Source: Ostrea edulis (lineage: Eukaryota). From it: DNA of 64,000 nucleotides. The position numbers were made by a program, and so were the translations under genes. The stretch is from assembly GCF_947568905.1 (NCBI RefSeq), contig NC_079170.1:27342001-27406000 (forward strand), given 5' to 3'. The notes under the pieces are model-generated. The model had not been told where the DNA came from, ran no database searches, and was given only the letters and a program-made list of their open reading frames with translations. Shown here piece after piece: positions 13,801 to 25,800 of this stretch (positions are counted from its first letter, which is position 1; every line of letters starts with the position of its first letter).

Positions 13801-16800
13801 TAGGCAGTCAGGTTACCTCCGCATAGTAAGGTTACCTCCGCATAGTAACAATTGCTAGGCAGTCAGGTTACCTCCACATAGTAACAATCGCTAGGCAGTC
13901 AGGTTACCTCCGCATAGTAACAATCGTTAGGCAGTCAGATTACCTCTGTATAGTAACAGCAGACAATCGCTAGGCAGTCAGGTTACCTCCACATAGTAAC
14001 CATAACTAGGAAGTCAGGTTACTTCCGCATAGTAAGGTTACCTCCGCATAGTAACAATCGCTAGGCAGTCAGGTTACCTCCGCATAGTAACAATCGCTAG
14101 GCAGTCAGGTTACCTCTACATAGTAACAATCGCTAGGCACTGGCAGTCAGGTTACCTCCACATAGTAACAGCAGGCCATCGCTAGGCAGTCAGGTTACCT
14201 CCACATAGTAACAGCAGGCCATCGCTAGGCAATCAGGTTACCTTTGTTAGATCTGACAGACTACCCGAATTATTTCTAATTTTACAGGACATTCAGTCTG
14301 GTAAACAATCTAGCTTTACCAGACCAAAAGTAATTTTTACCAGATCAAAATTTCTAATGTGCAAAATTCCTTTATCGACTGGAATTCCTATATTTACCCC
14401 TGATTTACATTGCTATACATATATCGTGTTCATTTTGATAAAATGGAAGTAGTATGGTATACCAGAAATACGATAAAAATAATATTAATAATGATGGACA
14501 TTTGGTCCAGAGTTATACAAAATTTTACCAGACTGACCCAATTTTTACCGGAAATGTCCAACAAATTTCGCGTACTCTGATCTGACAACAAGATTTCGCC
14601 TCTAGACCTGCAGTTGTCAGACTGACTCTTTGTTCCATTTCTAGGAGTGTTGTCACTGCTGCTCAGACTGACTCTTTGTTCCATTTCTAGGAGTGTTGTC
14701 ACTGCTGCTCAGACTGACTATTTGTTCTATTTCTAGGAGTGTTGTCACTGCTGCCAGCTGGGCCTGATCACACAGTCGATGAGAGGAGACTGCTCACTGT
14801 TACAGAAGGAGAACTTCGGTGGACCCTGTGATGCCACGTTCAGCGAGTGCTGTCTGGGCAGTACTAAACTTAACAGTAAGTGGCATTCATTGAAAGACCT
14901 GTCAAATATTTGTCATCTTGTTCTATATATTCTTAATTAATTTAATTAACTGGCTTATGCTGTACTTTTTCGGCAAACGGAAGAGCCTCGGTTAACACTT
15001 ATACTCTCCTTTTATACCCAGGAGTCATAATGTAACAAGTCTTCAGTGACAATAGTTATTTCTGGCCCTGAAATTTAAATTCATTAATTTCTGATATTTA
15101 ATGATCTCCATGTTAAAAAAAGTCAGAATTCCTGATTCAGTGGAATATGAAAGTCACAAAGCTCATGATTTCTAATTCTTTGAAAAATGTCAACTTTTCC
15201 AGCAGATTTTATTAAATGTTGGGCTGCATCTTAAAATAAGAAACAACATTCTTTAATATGATGGTGGTAGATGCATACAGTTCCTTCTTTCTAAAGTCAA
15301 ACAGAAAAATGGTGATATTTTTCTCATTTGAAAGAAAATTGTAGGCGGTGAAGAGTAAATTTACGACTCATTTCTAAAATTGTAATCAGGTTGTGTATGT
15401 CACCTTTTAAACTTGAAATTTATTGTGTTTTTGTAGTCGGGGGACGATGGGATTTTTCCTCTTTTCAGAGGAAATCCTCTGATTTGCTCAATTTTCGAAA
15501 AAATGAAATGCTCTGGGTTTGATCTAAAGTGGCAGAAAATAATATTTTTCCAGGTATAGTGGGGTGTTTTTCTCCCTTTTTGACCAGTTTTTCTCTAATT
15601 TCTGAGGAATTCAGTCACATCCGTGTTAGTTTCGAATTTCAGTCAGAATTAGGGCTAGATTAAACCATTAGTGAACCCAGTTCTTTGTAACTCAGATAAC
15701 TTCTACCTATAGCCATGTCAATGAAGTTGTTCATGAAATATTGATATGTCTGTTGTTATATCAAACAATGGACTTTTTTGTTGAGGTCGGTATGAACATT
15801 TACCAGTATCAATCTAAGAAACATGTCTATAATACAGAGATTAGTCTAGAACAACAGTTGGTAAATGTGAGGTAAACAGTAAATTCTTAACTCATTAAAG
15901 AATAAAAATATTAAGAAAAACTGAAATATTTTAAGCCTATTTTTTGGAAGCTTCATCACTGCCATATAACATTATAATGGCATCAATTTCATAATGAACA
16001 ATAACAATGACTCAATGTCAATTTAAACCAGTTCAAAAATTGGTCATTATGAAACTATACCACTGCAAACACGAAAACAAAGGATCTGGATTTGTCGATG
16101 CAAACAATTCTATAGGGATGGTAGGGATTTATCAAAATGTATTTCTTTGGTTACAGCCAATGAAACTCAGCAATGTATCCAGTCTCCTGATGTATGACAG
16201 GTCATCATGGCATGAATGAAGCATTCTGGTTGAATTTCAATTTCTTGATTTGTAGGCACCACAGCTGTCAATGACATTGACGAGTGTGCTCTCCACCGAG
16301 GTCACATATGTGGACAGATTTGTGTTAATACGATTGGTAGTTACCGATGTGATTGTAACCCGGGATACACGCTTCACAGCGATGGCAGCACCTGTATTCA
16401 GGATAAACGTAAGATCTGAATTGAGAATGGAGCATTTCTCAAATTGGTACAGAATATATATGGCTATTTACTTACAAAGTTTAAATAGAAGATTTATGCA
16501 AAAATATTGAATTTTTATTATGACTCTGCATCAAAGCTGTAACAGCCCAATAGTAATGATAGTATTTATCTATCCGCCGTCTAACACTGTATAATTGTTG
16601 TGCAATATCTCCAGGCCCCGCCGTCATAAAACATACTTAATTTTTTAGAGAATTCTCAAAAGTTTTATGACGGTGGGCCAGAACTTTTTTTACATTGATT
16701 TATTTATGAATAGTGTCTTTGTTTCAGCTATTGGGTGTAAGAGATACAATCCCTGCCAGCAGAGGTGTGTGGATGATGACAATGGCGTGAGCTGTGCCTG

Positions 16801-19800
16801 TAACCAGGGATACACACTGCAGGCAGACGGCATTAATTGCAAAGGTCAGTCAGGTCACCAGTGGTCATTTTAAATTTTGCTTGTACTAGTATTGAACATT
16901 ATGTAATTATTGTTTCACCACTGTTAAATTTAACATCTCTTGAAATACATGTATGTTACTTACGATTCCAACCATTTAAAGATTAGGTATTTTAAGAAAG
17001 TGGTGAATAGCCATTTTATCAGGTTAGCCGAGTCACTTATGTGGCCTATGACTGTCTGTGTCCGTCTGCTGCTGAGGATCATAATTCAAGATTGTCTTTT
17101 GGTCAAGGTCACTGTTCATGACTCAGATTGTTTTGATCAAGGTCACTGGTGAAAAAGATATGCAAAAGTAAGAGATATTTGTCCCAGACAATAATTTTAT
17201 AATGGAAAGAATTTAAAACAAGTTTATGTTTGACATGAAGCTATTTTAAAAACAGATGGCGAGTCAAGGTCATTTGCCCTAGCTCAGGGTCAGTAATGAA
17301 AATGTTAAGATATTTTTCCAGGTTGAAATTTTGTAATGTAGAAACATTAGATGTATTAAATGATTGTCACAATTGATTATATTGTAAATAAAGAGAATGG
17401 CAGTTCTCAAGAGTTTGGAAGATGCGAGTCTTGCACCATGACTATGAAATGCTTTTGATTTTTTTGTTTGTTATATAACATGTACAGGCCTAAGAACCTC
17501 TTTAAGGAAGAATGTTCTATATATGTACTAAATTACCTTAAAATAAGTGATTAAAAACATCAACTTTTGAAACTTTCACATGAATTTATGTCATAGATTA
17601 TAAAATTATCATAGGAAGTCTTTATTACTGTGTTGATTTGAATTGGCATTTACAGATGTAGATGAGTGTGCCTCAGGAACTGCTGACTGCCCACAAGGAC
17701 ACGGTTGTTACAATCGAGAGGGATCTTACAGGTGCCAGCCCTGCCCCCAGGGTACAGAGGTTGACCTAGTCTCCAAGGGGTGTCGGTCTCTACCCCAGTG
17801 TACCAAGGGATACTCCTATAACAGCGGTTCTGGATCGTGTGAAGGTATCGCAAAAACAGCAACTGCTCCAAACCAGATTATAGCGTATAAAACTGTAAAA
17901 AATCAAACCTTTAAACTTATTATCATCAGCGGCTGCTCCAAAGCAGTTTATAGCGTATAAAACAGTAAAAAATTAAACCTTTAAACTCAAAATTTTTTTT
18001 TATAAGATTTTGATTATTTTTATACATTCCCCCACCAGACATTGACGAGTGTGCAGCCGAGATGAACACCTGTACGGCCAGGCAGAGGTGTGAGAACACT
18101 GTCGGTTCTTATGTCTGTAGGAGAATTCTGGGCTGTGGGACAGGATACTCCATGATGGAAGACACTCAGACTTGTAAAGGTCAGTGAAGCTGTAAATAAG
18201 AAACATGTAAACATGGGCAGAGGTACGTAATTTATAGAATATGTGTACGTGTAAACTCGGGAAAATATTTGTAATTTTTTTTTAAGTATGCTGTCAGGCA
18301 TTTTAAGTAAAATTTGTAATTGATAAAATACTGGTAAACTTTGGTAGTGAAATATAAATAGTGAAATACAGGTTTACACAAATAAAGGAAAGTAATCAAT
18401 AAAACATCATAAAACACAGAAAAAGGGTACTAAAAATTAAATTGAAATTACTTTTAACTTCAGACATAGATGAGTGCTTGTTGGGCACACATAATTGTCC
18501 CTCAGGTTTTGAATGTGTCAACATAGATGGTTCGTTCCGGTGTCGACAACCAACGTGTCAGAGGGGCTACCGATTCTCCACAACAAAAGGCCGCTGTGAG
18601 CCCATACAGTGTCCTCGGGGTAGAGAAGCAGACTCCAAGGGGATGTGTGTAGGTATGTAACTTGTCCTGTGTCAGAGTATTCTATTGTAGGTATGTAACT
18701 TGTCCTTTGTCAGAGTATTTTATTGTGGGGTGTAACTTGTTCTTTGTCAGAGTATTCTATTGTGGGTGTATGTAATAAGTCCTCTCTGAAAAAATATGAA
18801 TATATCAAAAATAAATTGTGAATTATGATGACAAATCTTAGGTAAAAGTTTACCTTTCAATCATTAAGTCAACTTCTTGTTTATTTTCTATTAAGTATTT
18901 TTAAGAGGAAAAGGGTACACGACATGTTTGGGGTGAATGACAAAAGGCAATTTCGCTTTGGGGTGTAGTATCGTGAAGGTCCTTCTGTAATTTTTTTTTT
19001 TTTTAGCTCACTTGAGCTTTCAGCATAAGTGAATTTTTTTGATCACCCGTTGTCCATTGTTTTTCTGTCTGTAAACTTTTCATACTTTCAACTTCTCCAG
19101 AACCACCCAGCCAATTTCAACCAAACTTGGTACAAATCATCCTTGGGTGAAGGGAATTCAAACTTCTTCAAATGAAGGACCATTCCCCCTTCAAAGGGGA
19201 GATAATCACAAAAATGCAAAAATAGGGTGAGGTCATTTAAAAACCTTCTCAAGAACCACTAAGACACAAAAGCCGAAATTTACATGAATGCTTTTCAACA
19301 TACATATAGTGAAGATTCAAGTTTGTTAAAATCATGACCCTTAGGGTTAGGGTGGAGCCACAATAGTGGATTAAAGTTTTTTTTACATGCGAATATATAG
19401 GGAAAATCTTTGAAAGTGTTCTTTTCAAGAACCACAAGGTTATAAGAGTGGTGATTTACCTGAAAGCTTCCTTGTATAAAATAAGTTCAAGTTTGTTTAG
19501 ATCATGGACCCTGGAGGCAGGGTAGGCATACAACAGGGGATCAAATTTTTACATGCTGATATATTGGAAAATTATATTCTCCAGAACCAATGGACCAATT
19601 TCAATCAAACTTGATACAAATCATCCTTGGGTGAAGGGGATTCAAGTTTGATCAAATGGAGGACCAATCCCCCTTCATAGGGGAGATAATCATGAAATGC
19701 AAAAATAGGGTGGAGTCATTTAAGCATCTTCTTCTCAAGAACCACTGAGCGAGAAATGCTGAATTTTCATGAAAGCTTCTTGACATTGTGAAGATGGGGT

Positions 19801-22800
19801 CACAATAGGGGATCAAAGCTTTACATGCGAATATACATGTGTAGGGAAAATCTTTAAGTCTTCTTCTCAAGAACCACATGGCCATAAGAGTGGAGATTTA
19901 CCTGACAGATTCCTGGTATAAAGTAGATTCAAGTTTGTTTAGATCATGGTCCCTAGGGGTAGGATGGGGCCACAATAGGGGATCAAAGTTTTACATACAA
20001 ATATATAGGGAAAATCTTTAAAAATCTTCTCAAGAATTTCCAAGCCAAAAAAGTTTACATTACCACAAAAGCTTCCTGACATAGTGCAAATTCAAGTTTG
20101 TTAAAAAGATGGTCCCTGGGGTAGGATGGGGCCATAATAGGAGATCAAAGTTTTACATACAGAAAATCTTTAAATATCTTCTTCTTCTCAAGAACCACTG
20201 GGCCAGAAAACTTTATTTTACAGTACAGTCCACAAGTATTCCCCATTGCACTGTAGAAAACACACGGTGTAAAATGGTCCGTGTTACACCGTGGACACAG
20301 TGTGGCATGGTGTACAGTTGTATGTGTATTTCAAAACAATATGTCTCCGACACTATGTGTTCGGAGACATAAATATAAATAAGAATTACTCCACAAATTA
20401 CAAATTATTTAAAATATACAAAATTAAATAATTTGAAGATATAAATCACCTTATTTAGACACTTTAAGATTGCCCGTAGAATATACATTTTGATAATTAT
20501 ACCCCCCAAACGAAGTTCTGGGGGGTATATAGGAATCAGTCTGTCTGTCTGTCTCTGTAGATTCGTGTCTGGGCCATAACTTCTCTGTTCTTTGACTTAG
20601 GCATACCATGCTTGGCACACAGGTGGATCACCATGAGACAATATGTCGAGTACCTTCATGACCTCTATATTACCTTGACCCTTGACCTAAAGGTCAAAAT
20701 TAAAGGTTTTTTTTTACAATGGATTCGTGTCAGGGCCATAACTTCTTTGTTCTTTGACATAGGCATACCATATTTGACACATGAGTGTATCACCATGAGA
20801 CAATGTGTCATGTACCTTCATGACCTCCATATGACCTTGACTTCAAGGTCAAAATTAAAGGTTTTTACAATGGATTCGTGTCAGGGTCATTACTTCTTTG
20901 TTCTTTGACATAGACATAACATATTTGACACATGAATGTATCACCATGAGACGATGTGTCGGGTACCTTCATGACCTCTATATGACCTTGAACTTTGACC
21001 TCAAGGTCAAAATTGATTATAGGGTTTTGACATAATCATACCATAAGACATGGGTGTATCACCATGAGACTATGTGTCATGTACATTCATGACCTCTATG
21101 ACCTTGACCTTTGATCTCAAGGTCAAAATTATAGGTTTATAACATGGATTTTTGTTTGGACTATATCTTCCATTTTCTTCTACAAAGTCATACTATATTT
21201 TTACACTCAGGAAAGAGGTAATTTATGCCTATTAACAACACCCTTTGGGAGATTGGAGTAAGCGGGGGGTATATTCTTAGTGAGCATTGCTCACAGTACC
21301 TCTTGTTTTTAATTGAAGACCGCACTATACACCCAAGCTGTTAAACTACTAAATACCTCAAATAATGACCTGGTAGCCACTGCCAGTTTTAACAGATGTG
21401 AGTGTCAAACGGTTAAAATTTGAGTGAGACTAGGTACGTTTAGCAGTACAGAAGACTGACTGCACTTCCAGATAAACCAGGTGAATTTAGGGCTGGGACC
21501 TTGAAGACATTTCGACAAAAGCAGGATATTCGTGCTAACCGTACTTGAGATATCTGGAGTTTTTTTAAAATCATTTATCTAGGCAATATGGATGGGACTG
21601 ATGATTGACTTTAACACGACCAGGGTATTCGAGATAAAGTATATACTAGAGGTACTTTATTTCCTTTGTAGTTTGTAAGACAAGTTCTGAATGGATAACA
21701 AGCCAGATAGTGTGAATTTCCATACACCCAGCTCAAGCTGAAAGTAAATAAAGTGATATCACAATACAATTTATATATAGACAGGCAAAAATGAAAAATT
21801 ATGTGGTAATGTTGTTTGTTCAGTAGAACGTACTTGTCACTATTTACCGCATTGTAACTTCACATTTATCTCTAGCTTGTAAAGCACTTAAAAATCTTAT
21901 ATAAATTTCCTTATTTAACTCACTAAATAATTACATGTAATATACGGTTACATGAAAAATAAATTTGTTATTTGTTTTCATGGGGATTTACCCAGAATTG
22001 TATTCCACATACCCTCCTGTCTACAGCCTGTGTGGATGTATAGATCACAACCTGGGGTTTATCCCTGTACATCCGTGACTGGACCTGGATAAATAATAGT
22101 TAAGTTAGCACATATAAAATGGTGTTGTACATGTATATGAAATGTGCTGGCCGTTGATCATGTATACTAGCATATGTGTTGTCTCTCAGCATCTTGCATA
22201 GTTTTATCCGTGATTTACATCGAACTTTCACAAAGTTTTGTTTCAGATTATCTTGAAGATTATCAATATTTTACACAGATTTAGTCAAGAAAAAGTAGAT
22301 AGAGCTTGGTTTCAGATTATCAATTTTCTGTACATATTCCTTTACTCAGATATAGACGAATGTAAGCAGTCTGGAATATGTCCATTGTCAGCTCGCTGTG
22401 TCAACACATATGGCTCATACCGCTGTATACCCAGCACTTCCTGTCCTCAAGGTCACGAGATTGACCCTGTCACACAGACCTGTGTAGGTAAGTCAGCCAT
22501 TCCACTCCTACCTGCCGAGCTAATGAACATCGAACATCTACAGAGTGGTGTGTAATACGAGATTTGTGAAGTGTCATCCTTAACAACTTTAGTTCGGGTC
22601 GCCTTACATATTTGCACATGCTTTTGATTTTAGTGATATTAAATTTACAGATTGAGTTCAAATTTCGTCACACTTGTCTGATTTTTTGCAAGATTTATGG
22701 GACTGTGCTCAGTGAAGTTTTCCTGACTTCTCTCCATTGTGCCTCAACCTAGCAATCTAATTACTGTAATCCAGTTAGAATTAGATCCTTTGATCAGCTC

Positions 22801-25800
22801 ACCTACAATCACTATGCTTTGTGTAGTGATCATTGGTGAGTGAATCAAAGGATCTAATTTTGATTAGATTGTTCAACCTAGGAAACTTAAATTTGATATG
22901 TGATAATCTAATGAATGAAAAAAAGAAGATAACGAACAGTGATCAATCTCATAACTCCTATAAGGAATACAAAATAGAGAGTTGGGCAAACACGGTCCCC
23001 TGGATATACCAGAGGTGGGATCAGTTGCCTAGGAGGAATAAGTATCCCCTGTCAACCGGTCACACCTTCTGTAAGCCCTATATCTTAATCAGGTAAATGG
23101 AATAATCCATAGTCAGAATCGGTGTGCCAAGAATGGCCTATCAATCGGTATGAAACACTTCAGACATTTAACTCAACGATAGATTGTATTGGCAAACTAG
23201 ATCGTTATAACTTAAACGAGACTGTTGAAACCCCTGTAACAACAACTTGTACTGTAAAAACTGATCATACACAGAACAAGCTCTTGTGTATCGAATTATT
23301 GAGAGATATAAACACCATATGCAGGTGATAATGGAATATTTCTTCATAATAGATACAGATTAACTTTCACTTGTATCACAATTGAAATATTCTAACAAAA
23401 TTGTAAATGTGTCATGTGCCTATGTGGTAGACCTATGATCGAAGCATTACATACCAGTCAGAACCTTCATAGTTTTAACTATCAAGGATGCATAGAGTCA
23501 AATGTCAGGCTAGCTGGTAACATGTAATAACTAGATTTGTCTTTAAATTTATTTCAGACATTGATGAATGTGCCATGGGCACCCACAACTGTCCAAGTGA
23601 CCAGCAGTGTGTCAACATTGCCGGGAGGTTTAGTTGTACTTGTAGTGCTGGCTACAGAAGGAATTCGCAGGGTAACTGTGAAGGTCAGTCGTCTCCTATA
23701 AACATGTCTAAAATACGAAAATAACATTCTGACACTTGATTAAATGCTTTGTATAAAAATACAGGAGATCTATATTGATGGGGCATTTTTCAACAGAATC
23801 CCACATTTTCTTACTGTTCTGCATCCATTTTGTAAGCACTTTTATTATACCCCCCGCGAACAAAGTTCAGGGGGGGTATATAGGAATCACTCTTTCTGTC
23901 TCTGTCTGTCTGTCTGTCTGTGCAGATTCGTGTCCAGGCCATAACTTCTTTGTTCTTTGACATAGGCATACCATATTTGACACACAGGTTGATCACCATG
24001 AGACGATGTGTCGAGTACCTTCATGACCTCTATATGACCTTGACCCTTGACCTCAAGATCAAAATTAAAGGTTTTTTACAATGGATTCGTATCCGGGCCA
24101 TAACTTCTTTGTTCTTTGACATAGGCATACCATATTTGACACATGAGTGTATCACCATGAGACGATGTGTCGGGTACCTTCATGACCTCCATATGACCTT
24201 GACCTCAAGGTCAAAATTAAAGGTTTTTACAATGGATTCGTGTCAGGGCCATGACTTCTTTGTTCTTTGACATAGACATAACATATTTGACACATGAGTG
24301 TATCACCATGAGAGAATGTGTCGGGTACCTTCATGACCTCTATATGACCTTGAACTTTGACCTCAAGGTCAAAATTAATTATAGGGTTTTGACATAGTCA
24401 TACCTTAAGGCATGGGTGTATCACCATGAGACTTTGTGTTATGTACATTCAAGACCTCTTTATGACCTTGACCTTTGATCTCAAGGTCAAAATTATAGGT
24501 TTATACCATGGGTTTGTGTTTGGACTATATCTTCCATTTTCTTCTACAAAGGCATACCATTTTTACACTCAGGAAAGAGATAATTTATACCTATTAACAA
24601 CACCCTTTGGGAGATTGGGGTAAGTGGGGGGTATTCTTAGTGAGCATTGCTCACAGTACCTCTTGTTGAACCTGAATTGACCCAATCAGAGAGCTTGTAC
24701 TGGAAGGAAATGTGTATTCTTTGAATCAAATCAAATTTGATCCAGAATGAATCAAATATCGAATTGAAGATTCAACTGCATCGCTATTTATTGTTTCACC
24801 CTTAAGTTTTAGTCTGAAGAAATGATAGCACTTGACAATCAGAGGGTAACTATTGAATCTGTAGAGAGTGATTCAATAATCGATGAGATTCATTCACATC
24901 AGCTGTTTTGAGCGTTGTACGTGTGGATTACATGAATCACTGCTGACTTATTTTGTAGATTTAGACGAGTGTTCCTATGGCAATATCTGCCCATTTAATG
25001 GAGTCTGTGAGAATACGCCTGGCAGTTATAAGTGTAACTGTAATGCTGGGACTGAACTCAGAGGAAGGTCTTGTGTAGGTATGTATAGAGGCTTTCTGAA
25101 CCTAGGATCTCTAGCTACATGTATGATAATTCACTCTCAGGGGAAGGTCTTGTGTAGGTATGTATAGAGGCTTTCTGAACCTAGGATCTCTAACTACATG
25201 TATGATAATTCACTCTCAGGGGAAGGTCTTGTGTAGGTATGTATAGAGGCTTTCTGAACCTATGATATCTAGCTACATGTATGATAATTCACTCTCAGGG
25301 GAAGGTCTTGTATAGGTATGTATAGAGGCTTTCTGAACCTAGGATCTCTAACTACATGTATGATAATTCGCTCTCAGAGGAAGGTCTTGTGTAGGTATGT
25401 ATAGAGGCTTTCTGAACCTAGGATCTCTAACTACATGTATGATAATTCACTCTCAGAGGAAGGTCTTGTGTAGGTATGTATAGAGGCTTTCTGAACCTAT
25501 GATATCTAGCTACATGTATGATAATTCACTCTCAGAGGAAGGTCTTGTGTAGGTATGTATAGAGGCTTTCTGAACCTAGGATCTCTAACTACATGTATGA
25601 TAATTCACTCTCAGAGGAAGGTCTTGTGTAGGTATGTATAGAGGCTTTCTGAACCTAGGATCTCTAACTACATGTATGATAATTCACTCTCAGAGGAAGG
25701 TCTTGTGTAGGTATGTATAGAGGCTTTCTGAACCTAGGATCTCTAACTACATGTATGATAATTCGCTCTCAGAGGAAGGTCTTGTGTAGGTATGTATAGA

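Noticed and set aside
20612-24270. ORFs 20612-20908, 23775-23960 and 23920-24270
   Set aside because: They are translations of HINE tandem units with no protein motifs.
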